Positions 54,181-63,859 of a stretch of DNA of 64,000 nt are shown in pieces. The position numbers were made by a program, and so were the translations under genes. The stretch comes from Verrucomicrobia bacterium UBA6176 (GTDB taxonomy: Bacteria; Verrucomicrobiota; Verrucomicrobiia; Limisphaerales; UBA9464). The notes under the pieces are model-generated. The model made no database searches. It was given only the letters and a program-made list of their open reading frames with translations, and was not told the origin of the DNA. The stretch is taken from NCBI GenBank assembly GCA_002422905.1, contig DITU01000007.1:16076-80075 (forward strand). Direction: 5' to 3'. Every line of letters starts with the position of its first letter. The first letter of the stretch is position 1.

Positions 54181-57100
54181 ACCCACCCGCCCTTCTCCCT
54201 TCTTCTCCACGCCACACGCCCTTCAACTGGCGTCGGCACCTCGTCGTCATCGGGTTCCTTTACCTCGCTTCAACCGCTCTCTCCGCCGATCTGCCCGGCG
54301 AAGGTCCTGTCCGTTCGAGACCCCTTTCCGTCCCCACCGAGGGTCGCTCTGGCTTCACCCGACTCGATCCCGCGGTCACACGACTTGCCTTCACCAATTT
54401 CGTTCCCGAATCCCGGCACCTCACCAACCAACTCCTGCTCGACGGCGGCGGCGTCACCGCTTCGGACATCGATGGCGATGGCCGGGTCGATGCCTTCTTC
54501 GCCGGCCTTTCAGGGAGCAGCCGTTTATGGCGCAACCTGGGCGGTTTCCAGTTCGAAGACATCACCGCTTCCGCCTTCAACCAGGTACCCGGCTTCCAGA
54601 CCTGGGATGTCACCGGCTGCGTCTTCGCCGATCTCAACGCCGATGCAGCCCCCGATCTGATCCTCAGCACCCATGGTCAGGGCACCTGGGTGCTCATCAA
54701 TGACGGACGCGGCAAGTTCACCGCGCTCCCCCCGCTCAATCCCGGGCGCGGCGGTCACAGCATCGCCGTCGCTGATGTCGACGGCGACGGCTGGCTTGAC
54801 CTGTACCTGGTCAACTACCGCGTCCGCGCCCTCATGGACATGCCCAACGCCCGGGCCACCTTCCGCGTCGTCAATGGCCGGACCGAAGTCGCGACCGTCG
54901 ATGGTCGCCCCACTTCCGCACCCGATCTCACCAACCGCTTCACCGTGAATCTCCGCGGCGGTGTGGAAGAACTCGGTGAACCCGATGTCCTCTACCGCAA
55001 CCTTGATGGCTCGCGATTCGAGGAAGTCCCCTGGACCCATGGCGCCTGGGTTGATGCCGACGGCGAACCCCTCGCCCAACCCCCCTTCGACTGGGGCCTC
55101 GCCGCCCTGTTCCGCGATCTCGATGGCGACGGTCGCCCCGAGCTGTTTGTCAGCAATGACTTTCAAAGCCCCGACCGGCTCTGGCGCAATGAATCTTCCC
55201 CGGGCCGCATCCGGTTCCGTCTCGCACCACCCGGCACCTTCCGCCACACCAGCCGCTTCTCCATGGGCGCCGACTTTGCCGACGTCAATCGCGACGGTCT
55301 GGATGACCTCGTCGTCCTCGACATGCTCTCCCGTTCTCATGAGCAACGCCTCACCCAACTCGAAGGCGAACCCCCCTCCCAAGGCGAACGTTCCAATCCC
55401 GCCGCCACCCCGCAGCACGACGTCAATGTCCTCCAACTCGGCCGACCCGACGGATCGTTCGCCGAGGTCGCCGCCTTCGCCCGCATCCAGGCCAGCGAAT
55501 GGTCCTGGACCCCCGCCTTCCTCGATGTCGATCTCGATGGCTGGGAAGATCTGCTCATCACCACCGGCCAATGGCGCGCCGCCCGTGATCTCGATGTCGC
55601 TGGCGATCTCCGGCGCCTCCGCCAGATCCGTCGGATGTCCGATGCCGAACTCTTCGCCGCACGTCGCCAATATCCGAAACTCGATCCGCCCCAGGTCGCC
55701 TTCCGCAACGAAGGCGGACGCTTCCGCGAAGTCGGCGCCGAGTGGGGCTGGAACTTCAAAGGCGTCGCCCACGGCCTCTGCCTCGCCGATCTCGATGACG
55801 ACGGCGACCTGGATCTCCTGGTCAATCTCCTCAACGGCCCCGCCGCCGTTCTCCGCAATGAAACCTCCGCCCCGCGCCTCGCCATCCGCCTCGCCGGTGC
55901 ACACCCCAATCGTCACGGCATCGGCGCCCGCATCCGCGTCCGTCCCGCCAACAATCCCGCCGCCCTCCCTCAATCCCAGGAGATGATGGCAGGCGGACGT
56001 TACCTCAGCGGCGATGCCCCCCTGCGCGTCTTCTCCGCCGCCGGCGCCGAGCGCTGGTCCATCGAGGTCCGCTGGCCCAATGGCCAGTTCACCCGCGTGC
56101 CCGATGCCCAGCCCAACCGCCTCTACGAACTGCATCCCGACCCCGCCGCTCCACCCCCAGCCACCGCTTCAGATGTCTCCATCGTGACCCCCTGGTTCGA
56201 TGACCTGTCGTCCCGCCTCAACCATTCCCATCGGACGGATGACTTCGACGACTTCATCCGCCAACCCCTCCTGCCACGATCGCTCGGCACCGAAGGTCCC
56301 GGCGTGACCTGGGCCGATCTCGATGGCGATGGCACCGAGGAACTCGTCCTGCCCGGTGGCTTCAATGGCGCCCTCGAAATCTTCAAGGTCTCCACCGACT
56401 CCAGCTTCACACGCATCCACCAGATCCCCGTCGTCCGTCCCCAACCCATGGCCCTCCCCTGGGCCGGCAAACTTCTCCTCGCCGAATCCTCCTACACCGA
56501 CGGCGCCGCCCGCGGTGCCGCCGTCTCCCTCTGGCCCCAGCCCGGTCCCGCCCTCGAAGCCGGCCCCAATTCCGTCGCCACCCTCGCCGCCGCCGATGTC
56601 ACCGGCGATGGCTCCCTCGAACTCTTCGTCGGCGCCCGCGTCATCCCCGGGCAATGGCCGCGCCCTCCCCTCTCCGCCCTCGTCCGCATCGATACCAACG
56701 GCTTCAAATTCCTCCAGGTCGTCACCAATGCCGGCCTCGTCCGCGCCGCCGTGTTCTCCGATCTCGATCTCGATGGCGCCCCCGATCTCGCCGTCGCCGC
56801 CGAATGGGCCGAACCCCGCTTCTTCAGGAACGAGGCCGGCGTCCTCTCCCCCTGGATCCGCCCCTTCATCATGGATGGCCAACCGCTCCCGCCCGGCGCC
56901 CTTTCCGGCAACTGGACCGCCATCCACACCGGCGATTTCAATTCCGACGGCCGCCAGGATGTCGTCCTAGGCAACCACGGCGAAAACACCTACCTCGAAC
57001 TCTTCGGCCAACCCCTCGTCGTCGCCCATGGCGATCTCGACAACGACGGCACCCACGATGTCTTCCTCGGTTATCATCCACCCCCCATCCCCTCCGGAGC

Positions 57101-57932
57101 GGAGAGTTCCACTCGCCGTCCCGATCCCTCCCTCCAACCCCTCCACCCCGTCCACGGCCTCAGCGTTCTCGCCCCCGCCATCCCCCTGCTCCGCGAACGC
57201 TTCAAATCCCATCGCTCCTTCGCCACCAGTCACCTCGCCGAAGTACTCGGCCCCGCCGGCGCCGCCTTCCCTCGTCTTACCAACCGTTGGAACGCCTCCG
57301 TTGTCCTCCTCAATCACCCCGATCACTGGGAGGTCCGGCGCCTCCCCGATACCGCCCAGTTGTCGCCCGTCCAGGGCATCGCCGTCGCCGACTGGGATGG
57401 CGATGGCGCTGAAGACCTGTTGCTCACCCAGAATTTCTTCGCCCACAACCACGGCTGGACCCGCGACGACGCCGGTCTCGGCCTGATCCTCCGCGGCGAT
57501 GGCCACGGCAATTTCACCCCCGTCGATCCCGCCGAATCCGGGGTTCGGATTCCCGGTGAAGGCCGCGCCGCCGCCGTGGCTGACTTCGATGCCGATGGCC
57601 GACCCGACGTCGTGATCACCCAACACGCCGGTTCCACGCGCGTCTTCCGCAACACGCTTGCCAAACCCGGCTTGCGCGTCGCCCTCGATGGTCCCCCCGG
57701 AAATCCCCTCGGCATCGGCGCCCGGATCCGATGGATCGCCGGCGACCGCTCCGGTCCCTCCCGCGAATGGCATCTCGGTGCCGGTCACGGCGCCTGCGAT
57801 TCCTCCATCCAGATCCTGGCCCTCCCCGACGTCCCCAATCCCGAGTGGATCATCACCTGGCCCGGTGGACGCGAACAACGCCTCCGCATCCCCCCCGACA
57901 CCCGCTCCATCCGCATCCGACCGGAGCCGTGA
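54177..57932 (+). CDS. FG-GAP/VCBS repeat + ASPIC/UnbV protein (CRTAC1-like), paralog 2
   Basis: 1251 aa with the same architecture as paralog 1. Its ATG overlaps the stop of paralog 1 (ATGA). Confidence 0.85.
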   Translation: MNPPALLPSSPRHTPFNWRRHLVVIGFLYLASTALSADLPGEGPVRSRPLSVPTEGRSGFTRLDPAVTRLAFTNFVPESRHLTNQLLLDGGGVTASDIDGDGRVDAFFAGLSGSSRLWRNLGGFQFEDITASAFNQVPGFQTWDVTGCVFADLNADAAPDLILSTHGQGTWVLINDGRGKFTALPPLNPGRGGHSIAVADVDGDGWLDLYLVNYRVRALMDMPNARATFRVVNGRTEVATVDGRPTSAPDLTNRFTVNLRGGVEELGEPDVLYRNLDGSRFEEVPWTHGAWVDADGEPLAQPPFDWGLAALFRDLDGDGRPELFVSNDFQSPDRLWRNESSPGRIRFRLAPPGTFRHTSRFSMGADFADVNRDGLDDLVVLDMLSRSHEQRLTQLEGEPPSQGERSNPAATPQHDVNVLQLGRPDGSFAEVAAFARIQASEWSWTPAFLDVDLDGWEDLLITTGQWRAARDLDVAGDLRRLRQIRRMSDAELFAARRQYPKLDPPQVAFRNEGGRFREVGAEWGWNFKGVAHGLCLADLDDDGDLDLLVNLLNGPAAVLRNETSAPRLAIRLAGAHPNRHGIGARIRVRPANNPAALPQSQEMMAGGRYLSGDAPLRVFSAAGAERWSIEVRWPNGQFTRVPDAQPNRLYELHPDPAAPPPATASDVSIVTPWFDDLSSRLNHSHRTDDFDDFIRQPLLPRSLGTEGPGVTWADLDGDGTEELVLPGGFNGALEIFKVSTDSSFTRIHQIPVVRPQPMALPWAGKLLLAESSYTDGAARGAAVSLWPQPGPALEAGPNSVATLAAADVTGDGSLELFVGARVIPGQWPRPPLSALVRIDTNGFKFLQVVTNAGLVRAAVFSDLDLDGAPDLAVAAEWAEPRFFRNEAGVLSPWIRPFIMDGQPLPPGALSGNWTAIHTGDFNSDGRQDVVLGNHGENTYLELFGQPLVVAHGDLDNDGTHDVFLGYHPPPIPSGAESSTRRPDPSLQPLHPVHGLSVLAPAIPLLRERFKSHRSFATSHLAEVLGPAGAAFPRLTNRWNASVVLLNHPDHWEVRRLPDTAQLSPVQGIAVADWDGDGAEDLLLTQNFFAHNHGWTRDDAGLGLILRGDGHGNFTPVDPAESGVRIPGEGRAAAVADFDADGRPDVVITQHAGSTRVFRNTLAKPGLRVALDGPPGNPLGIGARIRWIAGDRSGPSREWHLGAGHGACDSSIQILALPDVPNPEWIITWPGGREQRLRIPPDTRSIRIRPEP

Positions 57933-57954
57933 AGCAGCCCACCACGGATCTCCT

Positions 57955-58130
57955 GAACCACGGATTTCACAGAACTTCACGGATGGGATGGGACAGCCAC
58001 AACCGGGATTGCTGTAGACCAGTGAGATCTCTCCCCTTTCCCTGCCCCGGAGGGGTCCAACAGCCCTGGCCCGGGGTGCGAAGCAACCCCGGGTACAAGT
58101 CCAAAAAGGAACCCAACCCCGGAGGTGTTG
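57955..58130. repeat. Intergenic repeat modules: atccgtg-type (reverse orientation) and family-H hairpin repeat
   Basis: 57955-57993 gaaccacggatttcacagaacttcacggatgggatggga. 58078-58130 gcgaagcaaccccgggtacaagtccaaaaaggaacccaaccccggaggtgttg, which resembles 36039-36093. Confidence 0.8.
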
Positions 58131-58236
58131 AACCTCATCAGGAACAGACAAACCCCTCCAACAACAGCCTTGGCCGGATCGCCCCGCCGACCGCGAACAT
58201 CCCCTTCAACCACACTAATGACCTTAAATCGCTAAT

Positions 58237-58476
58237 TTAAGGAAAGTATACTTGCCTTAAACGCCGGCTCCAACCCCGCCAACCCGGAAGCGTGAACCCG
58301 CAACAGAGGATCAGTGCCACCAATCCATTCCATGGCCTGGCCGCTTCACCCATCACCACATAGCGCAAGCCACCGAGCGCGATCAGGAAGATCAACAGTC
58401 CAAGCCCGGCGCCAAAGAGCCCGTACAAGACGAACATGACCTTATCCAGCGGGTCCTTCATACGCTTCAGCCTCAA
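58237..58476 (-). CDS. Hypothetical small two-TM membrane protein
   Basis: 79 aa with two hydrophobic helices and protein-like composition. No motif recognised. Confidence 0.35.
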   Translation of the reverse strand: MRLKRMKDPLDKVMFVLYGLFGAGLGLLIFLIALGGLRYVVMGEAARPWNGLVALILCCGFTLPGWRGWSRRLRQVYFP

Positions 58477-58678
58477 TCCACAAAGCTTATCAGCAGGCCG
58501 GATGTCAACCGGTTGAGCCGATGTGTCCCCAATTCACACCAAGGATTGCCTATCCCTTCGTGCCTTCATGTCCTGCCTGGATTCCCCCGGATCGTTGGGA
58601 GGCGCGGAGATCGTGCCGCGACCCATCATGGAATCCAACCCAACCGCCAGGACACACCAACCCACCTCCCCTTCCCTT

Positions 58679-58744
58679 CAATCTGCGTCATCTGCGCCAT
58701 CTGCGGCCCCCCTTACGCCTCGCCGAAATCTGCGGCTTCAACCC
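58679..58744 (+). repeat. atctgcg-type short-period repeat module
   Basis: aatctgcgtcatctgcgccatctgcggcc, followed by gaaatctgcggcttcaacc. The same unit occurs at 31935-32064 and 63578-63607. Confidence 0.8.
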
Positions 58745-58809
58745 GGGTTTTCAGGTTCAATCCCTCCCACTCCGTTTTTGACTGCGGCCCATCGTCACGT
58801 GTTGTCCGG

Positions 58810-61800
58810 ATGAACTCCCGATTCCCTTCCATCACCTTGCTGGCGTGGTTCGCCCTGTTCCTGGTTTTGCGCGCCGCGTCGCCCACCCAACCCTGGCAAA
58901 CGGACGGTTCCCATCGCTGGCTTCCCCTCCCCCCACCATCCCCGCACGCCCCGGGGTTCACCCGCATCCCGGCCCTTCAGACCGGCATCGCCTTCACCAA
59001 CCTCCTCTCCGACGAACGGTCCATCACCAACCGCAATCTCCTGTCCGGATCCGGCGTCGCCCTCGGCGACGTCAATGGTGATGGGTGGTGCGACCTCTAC
59101 CTGTGCGCCCTCGACAGTCCCAACCGGCTTTACCTCAATCGCGGCAACTGGAAGTTCGACGAGTCCACCAACAACCCCGCCATCGCCTGTGCCGGTCTTG
59201 ATTCCACCGGCGCGGCCTTCGCGGATGTCGACGGGGACGGCGACCTGGATCTGTTGGTGAATGTCCTCGCCGGGGGCACCCGCCTGTTCCTCAACGACGG
59301 CGGGGGTCGTTTCACCGACGTCACCGATTCCGCCGGTCTCCGTTCTTCCACCGGCGCCACTTCCCTCGCCCTCGCCGATGTGGATGGCGACGGCGACCTG
59401 GACCTGTACGTGGCCAACTTCCGGCCGACCACCATCCTCGACCGACCCACCGCCCGCTTCACCATGCAGTCCGTCGATGGCGGCGCCCGCGTGATGTCCG
59501 TCGACGGACGATCCGTCACCGAACCCGATCTCCAGGATCGGTTCGCCGTCGCGCCGGATGGTCAGATCCAGGAATTTGGTGAACCCGATGTCCTGTGGAT
59601 CAATGACGGCCGGGGCCGGTTCACCGCTGCCTCGTGGATCGACGGCACCTTTCTGGATGAAGCCGGGCAACCGTTGAAGAAGGCCCCCGGCGACTGGGGC
59701 CTCGCCGCTCGCTTCCACGACGTCGATGGCGATGGTGATCCCGATCTCTACCTCTGCAACGACCTGTGGACTCCCGACCGTTTCTGGATCAACGAAAGTT
59801 CTCCGGGCCAACTCCGCTTCCGCGCCATACCCACCCTCGCCCTCCGCAACAACCCCACCTTCTCCATGGGCGTCGATTTCGGCGATCTCAACGGCGACGG
59901 AATCGAAGACTGGTTCGCGGTCGACATGCTCAGCCGGTTCCACACCAACCGTCAGACCCAACTCGCCGCCATGGCTCCGGAATTCCGTCCGCCCGGTGTG
60001 ATTGACGAACGCGTCCAGATGCGACGCAACACCCTCCAGATGGGTCGCGGCGACGGTACCTATGCCGAGACCGCCTGGCAGGCCGGCGTCGAGGCCAGCG
60101 AATGGTCCTGGGGCCCCGTCTTCCTCGATGTCGATCTCGATGGCTTCGAAGACATCCTCGTGGCCAATGGACAACATCGCGATTTCCAGGACAGCGACGG
60201 CGCCGAACGGATCCAGGCTGCCCAACGCGGCGGTCGCTCCCTTTCCGCCGAGCGCATCCAGGAACTCGTCCAGGGTTTCCCCCGCCTCATCACCCCGCGT
60301 GTCCTGTTCCGCAATCGCGGCGACGCCACCTTCGAGGAAGTCGGTCAACGCTGGGGCTTTGCCGATGCCGGCATCGCCCAGGGCATGGCCCTCGCCGATC
60401 TCGACAACGACGGCGACCTCGATGTCGTCGTGAACCAACTCTTTGATGGACCCGCCCTGTACCGGAACGAGTCCGATGCCCCGCGCCTCAGCATCCAGTT
60501 GAACGGACCCGCCTCCAACCGCTTCGGCATCGGCGCCCGCATCACCGTCATCCCCCAGGCCGGCGCGTCCGTCCGATCCACCACCCTCCAGATGATTGCC
60601 GGTGGTCGTTATCTCTCCGGGGATCAGCCACGCCGCACCTTCCCCATGGGCAACGCCACCTCGGCAGTGGTCGAAGTCCGCTGGCCCGACCATCGACTCA
60701 CCCGGATCACCAACGTCCCGCCCGGTCGTCTCCTCGAAGTCAGCCATCGCGATTCCGCCCCCGACACCTCTTCTCGCCCAGCTCCCAAACCCCTGTTCGA
60801 AGACGTCTCCCCGCGCCTCGGCCACATGCATCATGAGGAACCCTTCGACGATTTCCTCGAACAACCCCTGTTGCCCAACCGCCTTTCCCAGGCCGGTCCC
60901 GGCCTTACCTGGACCGATCTCGACGGCGATGGCTTTGACGATCTGCTCATCGGCACCGGTCGGGGTGGCAGCATCGGAGTCTTTCGCGGCCGTCCCGAAG
61001 GCCGGTTCGAACCGTGGCCCGTTCCTCCCTTCAACAAACCCTCCGCCCGCGATGTCACCACCCTCATTCCCCTGGGCGGCATCGTCCTCGCCGGCATGTC
61101 CAACTGGGAGGATGGCCAGACCAATGGTGGCCACCTCCGCATCCTCGATCCCCAACGCGGCGCCAGTGGCGAAACCGTCCTCGGTCCCACCTTCAGCGTC
61201 GGACCCGTCATCGCCGCCGACCTCGACAACGACGGTTCCCTCGAACTCTTCATAGGCGGTCGCGCCATCGCCGGTCGGTATCCACTCCCCGCCGATGCCC
61301 TCGTGCTCGGCACCGCAGGCGGTCGCATCGGCATCCGCCAACGCCTCCCCCAGGTCGGTCTCGTCACCGGTGCCTGCTTCACCGACCTCGATGGCGATGG
61401 CCATGCGGACCTGGTCGTGTCCCGGGAATGGGGCACCCTCGGTTTCTTCCGCAATGAAGGCGGCACCCTCAAACCCTGGTCACTCCCCGTTCACCGTGAC
61501 GGCCGCGTCCTCCCCGACCGCGAATGGAGCGGTTGGTGGACTTCCGTCACCGCCGGCGATTTCAACAACGACGGCCGCATGGATCTCATCGGGGTGAACT
61601 GGGGACGCAACACCGCCTTCCAGGCCTCGCCTTCCGCCCCGCGCCACCTCTACTTCGGCGATCTCGGCAGCGGCGGAATCGACCTCTTCGAAAGCTGGGT
61701 CGAACCCGGCACCGGCCGCGAATGGCCCGGCCGCGAACTCCCCATCCTCCGCATGGTCCTGCCCGGATTGGTCGAACGATTCACGTCCCACGTCGCCTTC

Positions 61801-62499
61801 GCCCACACCGATGTCCCCACCCTCCTCGGCTCCAACCGCGACCGTCTCCAACGTCTCGAAGCCTGTTGCCTCGATTCCTGCCTGTTCCTCAATCGCGGTG
61901 ATCATCTCGAAATGATCCCGCTCCCCGCCGAAGCCCAGCGCGCCCCGGCCTTCGGCGTCTGTGTCGGCGATGCCGATGGCGACGGCCATGAAGATGTGTT
62001 CCTCGCCCAGAACTGGTTCTCGTCACATCCCATGCTCCAGCGCAATGACGGCGGTCGCGGCCTTTGGCTCCGCGGCAATGGTCGCGGCGGTTTCACTCCC
62101 GATGACCTCTCCGGTGTTGTCGTCCTCGGCGAAGGTCGCGGTGCCGCCCTCGCCGACTTCGACCGCGATGGCCGCATTGATCTCGCCGTGGGTCAGAACG
62201 CCGCAGCCACCACCCTCTGGCGCAACATCGGAGCCCGACCCGGACTGCGCGTCCGATGCCACGGCGGTCGCGGCAATCCCAACGGCTACGGCGCACAAGT
62301 CCGCGTTGTCTATGGCGACCGCCTTGGACCCGCCCGCGAGATCCATGGCGGCGCCGGCCATCTCTCGGTCGATTCCCCTGTCATGGTCCTAGGCCTCGAC
62401 GGCCAACCCACCGCCGTCGAAGTCCACTGGCCCGGCGGCACCCGCTCCCGATCCCCCGTCCCACCCGGCGCCACAGAGATTGTCCTGTCCCGGGAATGA
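58810..62499 (+). CDS. FG-GAP/VCBS repeat + ASPIC/UnbV protein (CRTAC1-like), paralog 3
   Basis: Start at MNSRFPSITLLAWFALFLVLRAAS. Same architecture as paralogs 1 and 2. The tracked start at 58513 runs through repeat modules. Confidence 0.85.
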   Translation: MNSRFPSITLLAWFALFLVLRAASPTQPWQTDGSHRWLPLPPPSPHAPGFTRIPALQTGIAFTNLLSDERSITNRNLLSGSGVALGDVNGDGWCDLYLCALDSPNRLYLNRGNWKFDESTNNPAIACAGLDSTGAAFADVDGDGDLDLLVNVLAGGTRLFLNDGGGRFTDVTDSAGLRSSTGATSLALADVDGDGDLDLYVANFRPTTILDRPTARFTMQSVDGGARVMSVDGRSVTEPDLQDRFAVAPDGQIQEFGEPDVLWINDGRGRFTAASWIDGTFLDEAGQPLKKAPGDWGLAARFHDVDGDGDPDLYLCNDLWTPDRFWINESSPGQLRFRAIPTLALRNNPTFSMGVDFGDLNGDGIEDWFAVDMLSRFHTNRQTQLAAMAPEFRPPGVIDERVQMRRNTLQMGRGDGTYAETAWQAGVEASEWSWGPVFLDVDLDGFEDILVANGQHRDFQDSDGAERIQAAQRGGRSLSAERIQELVQGFPRLITPRVLFRNRGDATFEEVGQRWGFADAGIAQGMALADLDNDGDLDVVVNQLFDGPALYRNESDAPRLSIQLNGPASNRFGIGARITVIPQAGASVRSTTLQMIAGGRYLSGDQPRRTFPMGNATSAVVEVRWPDHRLTRITNVPPGRLLEVSHRDSAPDTSSRPAPKPLFEDVSPRLGHMHHEEPFDDFLEQPLLPNRLSQAGPGLTWTDLDGDGFDDLLIGTGRGGSIGVFRGRPEGRFEPWPVPPFNKPSARDVTTLIPLGGIVLAGMSNWEDGQTNGGHLRILDPQRGASGETVLGPTFSVGPVIAADLDNDGSLELFIGGRAIAGRYPLPADALVLGTAGGRIGIRQRLPQVGLVTGACFTDLDGDGHADLVVSREWGTLGFFRNEGGTLKPWSLPVHRDGRVLPDREWSGWWTSVTAGDFNNDGRMDLIGVNWGRNTAFQASPSAPRHLYFGDLGSGGIDLFESWVEPGTGREWPGRELPILRMVLPGLVERFTSHVAFAHTDVPTLLGSNRDRLQRLEACCLDSCLFLNRGDHLEMIPLPAEAQRAPAFGVCVGDADGDGHEDVFLAQNWFSSHPMLQRNDGGRGLWLRGNGRGGFTPDDLSGVVVLGEGRGAALADFDRDGRIDLAVGQNAAATTLWRNIGARPGLRVRCHGGRGNPNGYGAQVRVVYGDRLGPAREIHGGAGHLSVDSPVMVLGLDGQPTAVEVHWPGGTRSRSPVPPGATEIVLSRE

Positions 62500-62533
62500 T
62501 CCCGATTGCACGCGTGGGTTCGTCTGGTCGGAA

Positions 62534-62555
62534 TTTCGAGTGCGAGCACGCGCAC
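62534..62555 (+). repeat. actcgt-type module, degenerate
   Basis: tttcgagtgcgagcacgcgcac. An 8-bp inverted repeat cgagcacg / cgtgctcg lies nearby (about 62547 and 62591). Confidence 0.5.
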
Positions 62556-62847
62556 AAGGGCGTGATTCGAAGTACGCATCCTTTCGTAATCGTGCTCGAA
62601 CCTGCACGCGTCCCCAACGGGGACCGGGATTCCAGATCCGCTCGCCTTTCGTAGTCGCCCCGCCCCATTGCCCCGCAGGAAAGTTCGCCTTTTGCGGGAA
62701 ACCAGTTCCAGGTTAGCAGTCCCAGCAAGGCCGATCAGGCGCATGATCCATGGGTTCGATGCCACCGCAGGCTCGGGGTGGCGTGGGGTCAACACCCTCA
62801 TCTCCCTTCCCGCACGCGCGTGAACAGCAGTCCGGTTTCCGGAACAA

Positions 62848-63318
62848 ATGGATCTCCAACACAAACTCGAAATCCTCGCCGGCGTGGGCATCTGCCATTC
62901 CTACGCACCGGATGGACGCTGCATTTCCCTGCTGAAGGTGTTGCTCACCAATGCGTGCCTCTACGACTGCCACTACTGCATCAACCGGCGCTCCAGCAAT
63001 GTGCAGCGTACCCGTTTCACCCCGGATGCATCGCGCCGATGTGCTCTACGGCGATTACCGGTTGAGACGCGTGTATTACTCGGGCTTCAGTCCGATCCCG
63101 GAGCCGTCCGCGCTGCTGCCCATCAAGCCGCCGCCCCTCGTGCGCGAACACCGGCTTTACCAGGCGGATTGGTTGCTGCGTTTCTACGGATTCAAGGTGA
63201 ACGAAATCACCACCGCCACCGCGCCAAACCCGCGCCAAAAAACGCCTATCTGGATTCTCTCCGCGATTTGGGTGAACCCAAATCGCCCGCATCCAACGAC
63301 CCAACGCCAGAGCCATGA
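62848..63318 (+). pseudogene. Decayed remnant of a 'putative DNA modification/repair radical SAM protein' (TIGR03916-like)
   Basis: Frame 1 reads ICHSYAPDGRCISLLKVLLTNACLYDCHYCINRRSSNVQRTRFTPD, which is the CxxxCxxC radical-SAM block. After a frame change, RLRRVYYSGFSPIPEPSALLPIKPPPLVREHRLYQADWLLRFYGFKVNEI appears, which belongs near the C-terminal third of that family. The TIM-barrel core between these blocks and the C-terminal HhH region are missing. Confidence 0.6.
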
Positions 63319-63470
63319 AGGGAGTGAAGAAGCAGCACTTGCCCGAGAAACCCTGCGCCACCTGCGGACGCCCCTTCACCTGGCGCAAGAAGTGGGAACG
63401 GGTCTGGGACGACGTGAGGTATTGCAGCGACCGCTGCCGGATGAAGAAGCCCAAGGCCCACCCCGGCTGA
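63315..63470 (+). CDS. DUF2256-family small zinc-ribbon-like protein
   Basis: Not in the ORF track because it is only 51 aa. Hand translation: [51 protein letters not shown]. This fits the C-x2-C-G-R-P-F-x-W-R-K-K-W...Y-C-S-x2-C pattern of DUF2256. Confidence 0.7.
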   Translation: MKGVKKQHLPEKPCATCGRPFTWRKKWERVWDDVRYCSDRCRMKKPKAHPG

Positions 63471-63577
63471 GACCGTTGAGGGCGCAGACTTCGGGAACTG
63501 GAAGGGATTCCGTTGAATGGACCGGATAACCCGCGAAGGGGAATTCACCCCAACGCTCGCAACATCCAGACACCCTC

Positions 63578-63607
63578 CATCCGTGTAATGGCCGAAATCT
63601 GCGGCCT
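63578..63607 (+). repeat. atccgtg / atctgcg-type module
   Basis: catccgtgtaatggccgaaatctgcggcc. Confidence 0.6.
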
Positions 63608-63643
63608 ATCCAACTCCGGCATCTGGATCCGTCTCGCCAAAAA

Positions 63644-63859
63644 TCAGGCCACCCGTTCGGCGTAGCGATCAAATCGGTTCGACAGGATGAAGAAGGTCGG
63701 TGCCCACAGCCCGACAAAGATGCCGAATCGTTCGCCGTGCGCCTGGGTGTCAACGGCCTGACCACCGGTGAGGAACCAGATGGCGATCGAGCCAATGATG
63801 GAGGCGAAGCCAAGGACGAAGCAGAGTTTGCTGAGAAGCCTGAATTGAGCGGGTTTCAT
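63644..63859 (-). CDS. Hypothetical small two-TM membrane protein
   Basis: 71 aa from MKPAQFRLLSKLCFVLGFASIIGSIAIWFL, with a second hydrophobic helix FGIFVGLWAPTFFIL. The tracked start at 63994 is probably too long. Confidence 0.35.
   Translation of the reverse strand: MKPAQFRLLSKLCFVLGFASIIGSIAIWFLTGGQAVDTQAHGERFGIFVGLWAPTFFILSNRFDRYAERVA

Noticed and set aside
58795-61404. Very long ORFs antisense to, or out of frame with, real genes. Examples: 58795..61404 (869 aa), 13310..15517 (735 aa), 20840..22672, 44854..46644, 50263..51861, 54525..56135, 6738..8210 and 102..1127.
   Set aside because: All overlap confidently assigned genes on the other strand or in another frame. Their translations are dominated by Arg/Gly/Pro/His/Asp runs typical of stop-poor frames in ~65% GC DNA, and they contain no recognisable motifs.
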